Assembly: GCA_035221665.1 (NCBI GenBank) | Contig: CM069159.1 | Location: forward strand, 32,302,001 to 32,366,000 | Length of the DNA stretch: 64,000 bases | Origin: Okamejei kenojei | Lineage: Eukaryota | Direction of reading: 5' to 3' | Part shown: piece after piece, positions 1 to 11,869 of the stretch | Position numbering within the stretch: the first letter of the stretch is position 1 | How the letters are laid out: every line of letters starts with the position of its first letter | The notes under the pieces: generated by a model | What the model saw: only the letters and a program-made list of their open reading frames with translations | Told to the model about the DNA's origin: nothing | Databases searched by the model: none | Position numbers and translations under genes: made by a program

Positions 1-142
1 AAGTATCAAGCTCAATGTAGTTGAAATGTCACCAAGTGCTTAACACTTTTGTAATCCACTGCTGTTGATGTTGTCTTTTTTGGAGTTTTCTGTGTGGGAC
101 TCTTTCTGATGATCTCAGGTTTGATTTCTGGTGATACAATTC

Positions 143-340
143 TAGTTTATACCAAAGATAGACACCAAATACTGGAGTAACTCGGCGTGTCAGGCAGCAT
201 CTCTGGAGAAAATTGATTGGAAACGTTTCGGGTTCGAACCCTTCTGCAGACTCGAAGACACCTATCCATTTCCTCCAAGGGGTGCTGCCTGGCCCGCCAA
301 GTTACTGCAGCATTTGGTGTCTATCTTTGGTATAAACCAG
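143..340. mobile_element. Fold-back Penelope pLTR-derived element with degenerate hammerhead (- strand)
   Basis: Inverted arms tttataccaaagatagacaccaaat / atttggtgtctatctttggtataaa; minus strand reads CTGCAGA-AGGGTTCGAACCC-GAAACGT. Confidence 0.75.
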
Positions 341-599
341 AATTTTATCACCAGAAATCAAACCTGAGATCATCAGAGAGAGATTTGTATTGTGGCATTA
401 ATAATATTTTTGAAAAATGTTTATATGTCAGAGCAATTTCTATCATAGTCTTTTGACTGTTCTATCTGAATTTGATTGAGGAGTTTCTCTATGAATAAGT
501 GGTTTGGACTTTGCAGCATGAATGGGATGAAGACTGCCATTTTAAACCTCAAACATGTAACATGGACAATCACTTTGATGCCTTCTGACAATGTTGTTC

Positions 600-1008
600 C
601 CACCGTAAAATTGCTACTCCAATTTTTGATTTTCAACTTTGAAGCCTACAACCCAATGGGTATGAACACTGAATTTTCCAATTTCACGAAACCCACATCA
701 CATGGGGATTTTTCCACTCCTACTGGTACGCCTAGATTCTTTCTTCCTTTTTCCCCTTTTCCATCTCATTCCCCTCACTATCCAAGTCTGTTACTTTCCT
801 CAACGTAAATCTATCTGTTTATCATGCCCATCCATCAACTACCGATCTCTATTTCATTCCACCCTCTCATCTCATTATACTGGCTGCCTTTCCTCTTCAC
901 TCTCAGACCTGATGTCACTTTTAATCTTGACCTGAATCTCCCTTTGCTTGATGAATTCTTGCAGCAGTTATTTTTTGCTTTAGCTTCCAGTGTCAGCAGC
1001 CTCTGTTA
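600..1008 (+). mobile_element. Old Penelope-like remnant (end of endonuclease ORF plus pLTR)
   Basis: SLQPNG/MNTEFSNF-like ORF end, pyrimidine-rich tract, degenerate pLTR tail. Confidence 0.55.
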
Positions 1009-2252
1009 ATCTTTCTTAATTGTAATTCAGTTCAATTGGAGCAAACTTTTTATTGCAGGATTTATTAAAAAAGTGAAAAATAATTCCAATCTTTAATTTA
1101 GGTATATTTGTTCCATCTTAAAGTATCATGAGTATTTTATTTGCTAATTTCCTCATAGTGAATTTTAATTTACATAGAACGGTTACATGTCATTTGCCAT
1201 TTACTGTTTTAATAGAAGCACTTGTTTTGATGTGTGACCTTTGCTCCTTCTTAAGATATTTGGAGCAGTAAAATATGTTTGATTGAGTGGTGGTTTGCTT
1301 GAGTGGTGACAAAAAACATTTGGTGACGACAGAACTAGCCAGTTGCTTAAAATCGTCCATGGAGGAAGGAGTATTTATGCTGTAGTGAGCTGTAACTATG
1401 AGTGGATAGATTGGATATGGATTCTATTCCCAATTGTGTGTCATTCTTTGGTGATAGATAATCAAGTGTTGCAATACAAAGCTGAGTACAAATATCTGCA
1501 ATTGATAAATTGATATTCAAATATCTGCAAAATCTTCAATTTTATCATGTAAATTATAGAATATTATTATGAATATGAATACATCAATATAGCGCATTAC
1601 ATAATTGTGCAGTTATGGAATTAGGTTCAATTAAGGAATGTAAATTTTTGCAATTGACATTTTTCCTGCTTGTCTGGTCTTTCTGATCAGTTCTTAACCG
1701 TAGTCTGTTGATACTGTCGGTGTGTGGCTGAGCATAGTTCAAACAAAAGCTGACAAATGGTTCCCCATTTTCAACAAAGGCCCTCTGAACAGTTTATTGC
1801 AGCCAATATGATGTAGCAGAGGAAAATCTAGTATCCTTTAAACATCAGCATAATACCAAACCAAACAATTCACATGGAGATGGCTTGCTTTGTTCAAAAG
1901 AGCACAGAATGGAGGGACTTCTCACCTGCTGTTTTAGCTGCTTGGTTCCCCACTAATTATTTCATCTTTCACTGTCCTTTTAATAACCATTGACCAACAA
2001 CAACATTCTCTATTTTCAGCTACACAATCCAAATCTCTTTCGTGTCCATACCACTTAATTATATTGAAGAAAAAGGATACAGATTCAAAACAAAGGCCTG
2101 GAAATTCTCGCATATAGTGCCAGTCTTTTAGAACAAAAAATATTTTTAGAAAGCGAATGTGAGCTTTGTGCCCTGATTGCACACTCTGGAAGTTAGGTTC
2201 ACATCATTTATCCAAACAATACCAATGCACCAAAACTGCTGGGCATGCACAT

Positions 2253-2260
2253 TGACGTCA
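2253..2260. promoter_or_regulatory. Full palindromic CRE (TGACGTCA) in a segment with no recognisable repeats
   Basis: Exact ttgacgtcaa palindrome; function untested. Confidence 0.35.
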
Positions 2261-3701
2261 AATAGTGCACATTTTGGAATAATTTGCAAGAAATCGTGCT
2301 GGGCAGATGAGGCTTGCAGTCTGTGACTTCACTCATATCGCAGGTGTTGAATAAGATTTGACATTTGCTTTTGACTTTTATTTAAATGGCCAAACATTAT
2401 ATGGCCAGCTGATTGGAAATGGCCAGCTGATGGGAGCCCATCTTGTATTTATCTTGTATTTTCTCAATTATTATTTCCACCTCTTCCTGTGTTGCCAATG
2501 GTTTTGGCACTAACCCATCTGATTATCTTCTCAGCTCCTTTGACGCTATCTTCCCATCAATCTTCTGATATCTCTCTGATCAACTTCCAGGATATAATAT
2601 TTTTTCCACTCCCTAAATTTGACCATTTCTACAATAGGACCATTGTGTTATGACCTTCTCAATTCTTTCTCTACCTTCTAAGATGTTTTCTGTCTCTACC
2701 TCCACTATGCAGTGATTCTATTAATCCTCTCCACACAATCCCTTGCCCACCCCTTTCTGTTGACTTTCGTTTTCCCGGCCTCAATGAATTCCCTTCATGA
2801 TCTCTACCAATGTAATATGATGGGCGTTTGTAGAGCAGTCTTTGTGCCCATTTCCTCAAAACAAGGCCTTTTTAGCTATGCACGGAGTCTTAGGGAGCCT
2901 CATGATGAAATACCTGGGGAGTAATAACTGAGAATATTGACTAAATAAGTAATATGTTCTATTCCAGACATATCACTGCTTTTCCTGAACATTGTATTTG
3001 ATTGCTATGTTTCACGCCATTTTTAGAACTGCCCATTATTGATTTTACTTGCTTTCATTGGTCTTCTGAATGGCTGCGCAAATCGGGATAATGGTCATCA
3101 GTTATGGGGTTCCAGGTGGTTGCCACCTAGTATCCTCCCTCATCTGATGAATCAGTTCCCCAGTAGAACCACACTTGTAAGAAACATTTGAAAGTAGCAG
3201 GGCAGAATATTCTCTGGATAAGGGATTTTGATCACCAACGACTGAGTTGGCTTACTCCTGTAAATCATACCTACCAGATCAGATCTGTGGCAATCTATAA
3301 AGTGAGGAGTAAATCTACTACTTGGTAAATATCCTTGATATTGTCCTGTCACCAGTGTAAGTTTGGAAAATGATAGCCCAAGAACCAGCACTGCCTGCAT
3401 ATCCCTGTAGAATTGCTCATCACTTAGAAATGTATTGCTGTTTCTTCACCGTTACTGGGTCTAAGTCTGTAACTTTCTACCCAAGAACACAGTGAATACT
3501 TTTACCAGCAGGATTTAAACAGTTCAAGTAGACTCGCCTCTACATTATCAAGTGCAGTTAACACTGGGCTACAAGCAAGAATAATATCCCATAAAATGAA
3601 TGAAAAATCTTTATTGCAAAATACCAGGAAGTTGCATAAACATGTCTCTTTTTGTGAAAATATTATCTAAAGATAACACAAGCTGTAACGACACTACTTA
3701 A

Positions 3702-3887
<186 letters not shown>

Positions 3888-4609
3888 TAGGTATTCTTGA
3901 TATATTTTCATTTGCTCTTTGATTTGACTGTTTTGTCCAAACTGACATAACATCTATAGAATATCCATGAAACCGATATTTTATAGATGTTATGTTGATT
4001 TATTTGATTTATTGTTAACTCCTTGATGAATTTATGTATCATTTCAGTGTGTATTAAGTGATTGAAAGATGATTTTGTTTTCCTAAGTAATCAAGGAACA
4101 CATGTATTTCCACTAGTGTTGACAAACTGAGGTGTTTAATATCAATCGTGAAGTTAATTTCCGTGTTCTCATACGTCTTATTTAGAAACCTTCCTCACCC
4201 TCTCCCTCTGTCCCTTGTACTGCACTTTTCACAGTCAGCTTTACATTAGATAAAACAACTTCTATATTCACGCACAAAAGTAAGAATATCAACCTATGCA
4301 TAAGAAACATATGTTCTGAATGTAGGATAAATGTTTTGCCTGATCGGAGAGAATTGTTTCCAATTATCAATTTATACTTGAAACAATAATCTCAACACTG
4401 AGTAATGCATTGTTATGCTTCCAATTCCCTGAAAGATGTATAAGCATGTAACTAATCACACCTTATTGTCAATGGAGATATTCGTCTAGCTAGAGTTGAA
4501 TGTGGCAGACAGATTGAAGTGCTGCTGAGGAGTTTGCGAGTTTGTTTTTTGCGTGTTTGCACCAGATATTAGCAGCAGTAGAGAAAGAAAGAACAGAATA
4601 AATAGTTAA

Positions 4610-4804
<195 letters not shown>

Positions 4805-5582
4805 TAATCAATGAGTACAAAGGGGCTTTGAAATATTGATGGAATTCTGCAATGTAACTGTTGAGGAGTAAACCTAATCATGAGAATATTATTCTTGAAT
4901 TATTGATTCTGAGGTTTAATTAATGCAACAATCATTTGTGATGCAAGGTATTTAGGTTTTGATGTAAACTTTTATTCAGTATGGAGACAATAAGGATGCA
5001 GATGCCAGTATATTTTTGAGTGTGGCTTTAAACTAAATCCCATTGTAGTTAATGTACACACAAAGAATAACTGTAGATTTATATGATATTTGCCTTTTAC
5101 AATTTAAAGATGTGGAATATTACTATTCCAGTACTTTCCTCACTTTTGATGGGAATGTTGACTATAAAGTAACACTTGCGTATGCAATCGAGAATTTTGA
5201 AAGTTGCTTTGATTTCTGAGTAATTTTCATTTTTTTAAATATTTCTCTAAGAATCCTAGCGTGTAGGGAATTATTTTGATGAGGACACATCTCTGTAAAT
5301 GTAATCAAATGTTATGATGCTATTTCAAAAGCAGGCGACATTGTTTAAATGGCTACCTTAACTGTAATTCTTAGGGTAGGAAATCTAATCATGAAATGTA
5401 GCAGATCTTGCTAGCCTAGGCATTTGCCCAGAATGGCCACCTGTCGTCTTCACATGAAGACTACTTCTTACCACATCCTGAAGCATCCTGGATTCCACCT
5501 ACTTGGTTTGAACCACAGCTGGGCCTCCGGCTGTGAACAAAGGAAGCCCTGTCCCCCAAAACAACCCTAAAAGCATTGACAG

Positions 5583-5730
5583 TAGGGTTTATTGATTAGT
5601 ACGGGTGTCAGGGACATGGGGAGAAGGCAGGAAAATGGGGTTAAGAGGGAAAGATAGATTAGCCATGATTGCGTGACGGATAGACATGATGGGCCAAATG
5701 GCCTAATTCTGCTCCTATCACATGATCTTA
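5583..5730 (+). mobile_element. CR1-type LINE 3' end fragment
   Basis: gatagattagccatgatt...gggccaaatggcctaattctgctcctat tail shared with other copies in the window. Confidence 0.65.
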
Positions 5731-7195
5731 AGAAGTGGCAAAGCCTCATCTCCAACTATTCCAAATGAGACTGTTTAAATGTTACTAACTTTCAGTGACA
5801 TTTAAACTACTAAAATTTAAGTAAACAATTTATTTTAAATTAGAAAAGAAAGAATGACACCAACAATTAAGCTTAACATTATTGTTTCAAAATTAAGGAA
5901 TATAACCCATCCCTATGTCTGCTAGTCAACAATATCCCAATTCCTGTTGAAATCAATTGGGTCGCTCTGTTAACTGGTCCGGAAGTTGAAAGACAATTTC
6001 TGTCTTCAAAACATTACCCATCCTTTTTCGCCAGGGTTGCTGCTAGACCCGCTGAGTTACTTCAGCACTTCATGTCTATCCCCAGCACAGATGTTGGGGA
6101 ATCTCAGCAAGATGGCAGTTTGCCATTGGATCTGTGGCAGTGCAAGCCCACAGCTTTAGCATTCTGAATCTAAAAATGTCAGAACTTCTGTCTTTGACAA
6201 TGCACGTGCCGTGGAGTCAAACCTATAACATTTAAGTGGCTACGAGCCTGCATTTGGAACTTTAGACATTCGCCGAAGTCCTGATACATTATATTTGTTA
6301 ATTATTTTGAGATGGATTTATTCCATTTTGAATACCAATTTGATTTGCGCAGCACATTTTCAATGCCAACAGTTGTGTTCAGTATTCTATTTCAGAGTTT
6401 TCGATGCAGCCGAAAGTGACATGTATAACATGCTGAATGTTGAATTAATTGTAAATTGTGGGTGCGTAAGTCACAACATTGGTCTCAGAAAAATTTACTT
6501 GGATTCTCATTCTTAAGTATTCTGCCTTTGAGGAATATGAAAACACAAAGAGTCTAATCTCAGCATTTCTTAGGTAAGTAAGTAAGTTAGGGCAGGACTA
6601 CATGAGTGTATTTTTGAATAGTATGTTCCTTTCATTTTGCTGGGGATGCATTACTGCAGACACAGAGTAATCTGTATTACGTGTTAGCAGGTAAAGCAGC
6701 TGGGGAAAAGTCTGGGCTTGATAGAGATGAAAGTTTGCATCCTGCAAATCTGAAAGTGGTTTAGCATCCTAGAAAGTTAGAACCATCGATTTTCTGGAAA
6801 CGTTAGTGAGTCTAACGTAAAGAACAGATTTAATTTTTTTTCATGGAGTTATACAGCATGGAAAGAGAAGTCTGCCCTACTTGTTCATGTCGACCAAGTT
6901 GTCTTTCTGAGCGCCTCCCATTGGCCTGCATTTAGCCAGTATTCCTCTAAACCTTTCCTACCATGCACCTGTGAAAATATGTTTTAGTCTTTGTAATTGT
7001 ACCAGCCTCTACCAATGCTTCTGGCAGCCCTTTTTTTTTAATGTACCTACGATCCTCTGTGTGGATATTGTTCCCCTCAGGTCCCCTTTAAAACTTTTCC
7101 CTCTCATTTTAAAACTCTGCCCTTTAAATTTAGATGTTCCTACCCTAAGAAAAAGTGTGACGATCCATCTTATCTGTGCTCTTATCTCATGATTT

Positions 7196-8638
7196 GATTT
7201 GATTTGATTTTATTGCTTGTCATTCGAACCTCAGAGAGGCTCAAACGAAACTCCGTTTCTACAAGCCATACAAACAGACAAACAGAACAATTCATAGAAA
7301 AACATGCAAACAATTAAATTCACACAAACATCCATCACAGTGGATCCCTCCTCACTGTGATGGAAGGCAAAGTTCTTCTCTCTCCCCCGCACCATCTCTC
7401 TCCCGATGTCGAAGCCCCAGGCGGGCGGTGTTAAGTCCCATGTCCACTGAGGCCGCTCCAGGCCCAAAGTCACAAAGTTGGAGCCCCCGGCGGGCGCTGG
7501 AATGTCCCGCAGCCATTAAAGCCGCGCCGGGCAATGTTCGGCCCCGCTCCGGGTCGTTCCAACCCCGCGACACGGGCTGGAGAAGTTGTGTTGTGGAGCT
7601 CCGGAGAGCGGTCTCCCACCCGGACCCGCGAGCTCCCGACACCCCAACTGTCCACCGTCAGCAACCTGCAGCTGGAGCCGGAGCTGGAGCCCCGGAGTCG
7701 GGCCGCAGCTGGAGCCGGAGCCGGAGCTGGAGCCGGAGCTGGAGCTGGAGCCGGAGCCCCGCAGCTGGAGCCGCAGCTGGAGCCGGAGCCGGAGCTGGAG
7801 CTCCGGAGTTGGGCCGGAGCTGGAGCCCTGGAGTGGAGCCGGAGCTGGAGCCCCGGAGTCTGGCCGGAGCCGGAGTCGAGCCGGAGCTGGAGCCCTGGAG
7901 TCGGGCCGGAGCTGGAGCCGGAGTCGGGCCGGAGCTGGAGCCCCGGAGTCGGGCCGGAGCCAGAGCCGGAGCTGGAGCCCCGGAGTCGGGCCGGAGTCGG
8001 GCTGGAGCCCCGGAGTCGGGCCGGAGCCAGAGCCGGAGCTGGAGCCCGGAGTCGGGCCGGAGCCAGAGCCGGAGCTGGAGCCCGGAGTCGGGCCGGAGCC
8101 AGAGCCGGAGCCCCGGAGCCGGAGCTGGAGCCCGGAGTCGGGCCGGAGCCGGAGCTGGAGCCCCGGAGCCGGAGCTGGAGCCCCGGAGTCGGGCCGGAGC
8201 CGGAGCCGGAGCCCCGGAGTCGGGCCGGAGCTGGAGCCGGAGCTGGAGCCCCGGAGTCGGGCAGCAGCCGGAACTGGAGCCCGGAGTCGGGCCGCAGCGG
8301 CCACCCACCACCGCTCCCCACGCTCCGAGGCCGGCCAGCCCCACGACGGTAAGCTCTCAGCTACGCGACTGGAGCCCCCAGGTCGTCCCGGTCGGAGGCC
8401 GCTCCACGGCACCAGGCCCCAACGACAACGGAGACCTGACAGGGAAAAAGTCAGGTCTCCCGTGCAGGGAAGAGATTAAAAATGGTTCCCCCTTCCCCCA
8501 CCCCCCACCCCCCACCCCCCACATATACACAGTTAGAAAACAATACAAAAAAAACACAAACAACTACATTTAACTAGACAAAAAACAAAAAAAAACAGAC
8601 AGGCTGTAGTGGCCGCTGCAACGTCAGTCGCGCTCGCC
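7196..8638 (-). mobile_element. Non-autonomous composite retroposon, copy 1 (leader + GC-rich VNTR + Rex1-like 3' hairpin + (AAATC)n tail)
   Basis: catgattt duplicated at 7188-7195 and 8639-8646; minus-strand AATAAA at 7209-7214 then AAATC repeats; ends homologous to 28004-29086. Confidence 0.75.
7670..8298. repeat. GC-rich minisatellite of GGAGCC/GGAGCT/GGAGTC hexamers with higher-order unit GGAGCTGGAGCCCCGGAGTCGGGCC
   Basis: Directly visible; explains the six overlapping low-complexity ORFs. Confidence 0.95.
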
Positions 8639-9486
8639 CATGATTTTATAGATCTCTATAACGTCACCACTCAATCATCTTTACTCTAATAAAAACAATT
8701 GCAGTCTGCCTATGCAGTCTATCCTTATAAGACAAGTCCTTCAGTACCAGCAACATCCTTGTTAATCTTTTCTGCATCTACTTTAGCTAATTACATCCTT
8801 CCCATTGTATGGCGACCACCCTTGAACTCCTTCCACCATTTTTGTATCAGATTATCTTCCTGGCTAAAGCCAACAATATGGATGGGAAGGCAGCCAGCAG
8901 TGCAGAGGTGATTCTTACGTGGATAGGGGAGGGTAATTCTGGGCAGTTAAAAGGTGGGGATAGAGGAATGGGACAGAGTTTGCGAAGGGCAGAGTTGTAC
9001 ATGAGATATCAATGGAAGATGTTAGATATGTCTTTGGGATTGGACAGTAGAGGAATTACAGTGTCACATTGGATATTTGGGTGGCAGACAAGTGGGGGAG
9101 TCAGGATTTGGATATGAAATTGATATTTAAGTGGGTTGAAAGTCCTGGCTTTCTTGAACAAATTGTCTGCAGTGCTTTCATTGTCTTTGTCCGCAATTAA
9201 GGATTTAACCACCAGAAGATTGTTGAAGCTGTGGAGCGACCATCCACAGTAGTCAATACTTGTTGAAAAGGAGTCGTGTTATAGCATCATATTAGCATAC
9301 CACAATTTTGTGTTTAAAGCTGGGATGAGAATATTGTTACCAGCAATATTTTATAATTTATTTTGTGCTTTAGAGAATGTTATGCATGATTGTAAATTGT
9401 AAAATCTCTCTAAATTTAATTCATAGTGCTGCAAAGTTAATGATAAAATTGCAATTCATTCCACAGATGGCATATTATCTAAATCA

Positions 9487-9637
9487 CAAAAAGCTGGAGT
9501 AATTCAGTGGAACAGCAGCATCTCTGGAGAAACGTTACCCATTCCTTCTCTCCAGAGATGCTGCCTATCCCTCTGAGTTACTCCAGCTTTTTGTGTCTAT
9601 CTTCGGTTTTAAGCAGCATCTGCAGTTCGTTCATACA
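9487..9637. mobile_element. Fold-back Penelope pLTR-derived element
   Basis: Inverted arms; 16-bp direct repeat catattatctaaatca at 9471-9486 and 9638-9653. Confidence 0.8.
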
Positions 9638-10768
9638 CATATTATCTAAATCAGTAGCTTTATGCAGCATTTACTGGACAAATGAGATAACGCTTTCTTT
9701 CAAAATGGTAGTTTCTTCAGTAACCGTGCAGTTTGAAAATTAATCGTCTATTTTTAATGAGAAATAATTTATGCAATGGAAATGTGTAAAATTTATAACT
9801 CAGGATCTCATTTGACCCTTTGCTTGTGTACCAGTCGACAAACATTTTCATCGTCTAATTGCAGCATGAATATTCAGTTTGCTGCCCTGCGGGTTATAGT
9901 CAAGTATCTATTTGCATGTGTTGAGGGTTTCTCCCTCAGTGCTTCAATCCCGAGCTGCTGCTTGGTGAAAATATGTTCTTCATCATCCTTCTAATCCTCC
10001 TGTTAACTGTTTTAAATCTTTGTCTCAGGATTTCAGCCTCTCCCTACATGGAAATCGCTATGTTCTGTCTCTATATTGTTATACATGAGAATGAAGTCTC
10101 CCTCAATACCCTGTGTTCCAAAACATCAAACCCACCAAATATATATATATTTGAATACAGATATGTACCCAATACATGTAACATAGCCTGAATTGCATTG
10201 TACATTTTTTTAGGTGAGCTTCTCTGGTTTTATGTTCTATGCCTTGGCTAATAAAGGAGAGCATTCCGATGGTGTTTGCTATTTTTAAGAAACTGTGGGT
10301 ATGAACACAATTTCCTTTGTTCCTTCACATCATTAAGCTACAACAAAGCTAGGAAATGCACAATAAATCCTCCCAACGTGTATTTCCTACCTTTGTTGCA
10401 CCACTCCAAATGCATTACCTCACACCTCTCTAGAGTAACCTCCTTTCGCCTCTTCTCTGTCCAGCTGATCAAACTCTATCTTCCTGCAGATTAAATTCAA
10501 AACAAGATTTTCTGTCATCCCTCTAGTACGTTTATCGTGTCCTTCGTGTTCAAATCTAAATTATTGATACATAGCACGAAAAGCAAAGGACTGATTACTG
10601 AGCCCAATGGGAGAACTGCATTACACTTACAATCACCTGTTTTAAACTGTAAACGTCTCAACTCCAACTGCAGCAGAAGCAGGCAAACGATCGCCGAACT
10701 CTGGGGCTCACAGCCGTTGCGGTCCGGATCCGCTCCCACTTCTACCCCCAGAGCGGGGCCAAGAAAAT

Positions 10769-10956
10769 TGAAGATAGACACAAAATGCAGGAGTAACTCA
10801 GCGGGACCGGCAGCATCTCTGGAATGGAAGACGTTTCGGGTCAAGATCCTTCTTTTCAAACTGAAGAAGAGTCTCGACACAAAACATCCCCCATTGCTTC
10901 TCTCCAGAGACAATGCCGGTCCCGCTGAGTTACTCCAGCTTTGTGTCCGTCTTCAA
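10769..10956. mobile_element. Fold-back Penelope pLTR element with two opposed degenerate hammerhead motifs
   Basis: tgaagatagacacaaa...tttgtgtccgtcttca arms; gacgtttcgggtc and ctgaagaagagtctcgac in the centre. Confidence 0.75.
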
Positions 10957-11110
10957 ATGATGTCACGCGCTCCAGACGGCTGTGCGTACGCATGAAATCG
11001 TGCTTCTCAGTGGGACCAGCCCCGCGTGGCCATAGGATGCCCGTGCGCCTCAACGCAACCACGAGGTCACATAATTTGCGTGCCAAGAACACGTAGGTGG
11101 GACAGGCCCT
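10957..11110. mobile_element. Right end of PIF/Harbinger-like MITE (may extend left to ~10640)
   Basis: Ends in gtgggacaggccct, the TIR shared with 46569-46773. Confidence 0.55.
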
Positions 11111-11302
11111 TGAGATTAACATCCTTATAATGTCATATTCTCAATAGTCCAGCTGTCAGTAATGTTTGTTTGAAAGCAATAGCGTACTCAAGTCACTGGC
11201 TATATTTGGCATTGATTAATACTGACATTAATACAACAACTGGAGACTCAGTTGCTTTAATGTTGGGCGACTTTGAATTATAGTTATAAGCAATCTCTGA
11301 GT

Positions 11303-11552
11303 TTTTTCACCCAGAGAGTTGTGAATCTGTGGAATTCTCTACTACAGAAGGCAGTGGAGGCCAATTCACCGGATGTTTTCAAGAGAGAGATTTAGCTCTT
11401 AGGGCTAAAGGAATCAAGGGATATGGGGAAAATACAAGAACGGGGTACTGATTTTAGATGATCAGCCATGATCATATTGAATGGTGGTGCTGGCTCAAAG
11501 GGCCGAATGGCCTACTCCTGCATCTATTTTTCAATTTTTTTCCTATGTTTCT
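11303..11552 (+). mobile_element. CR1 3' end
   Basis: FFTQRVVNLWNSL motif and gggccgaatggcctactcctg tail. Confidence 0.8.
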
Positions 11553-11869
11553 AACTTACCTTTCTAGTCCGTAGTTTTATCTTGATGTATCTGATTTAGT
11601 TAATTTTGACATCTATCTAATCTGTTGTATCCCTTTAGAATTACAGAAACATTCTTATTTCTATTTGTTTTTCTCTTGAATAACTTTTAAGTGATGAGTT
11701 AACAATGATTTTATATGACAAACTAAATGTTAGTAAAGGAAAAAAGATATCAATATTTAGATGCCCTTGTCACAATCGCTGTGACATCTTGTATGTTTTT
11801 ATGCCATTATAACAGTCAGAAGTTTCATTGCTAAAAGTGCCATGTAGTATTTTCAATAATAAGCATTAT

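Larger units (their letters stand above)
6841..8830 (-). mobile_element. Degenerate CR1 3' fragment split by the 7196-8638 insertion
   Basis: Flanks rejoin to ...ctcatgattttatagatctctataacgtcacc..., the reverse complement of the GDLIEVYKIM region. Confidence 0.7.

Noticed and set aside
2396-2461. Short duplications atggccagctgat x2 and atcttgtattt x2
   Set aside because: Consistent with local slippage; too short to support a function.
7670-8298. CRISPR-like array or prokaryotic contamination
   Set aside because: No unique spacers; it is embedded in a vertebrate intron with a target duplication.
7428-8573. Six long overlapping ORFs (228-381 aa) as real genes
   Set aside because: They result from a stop-free hexamer VNTR inside a retroposon; no domain signal.
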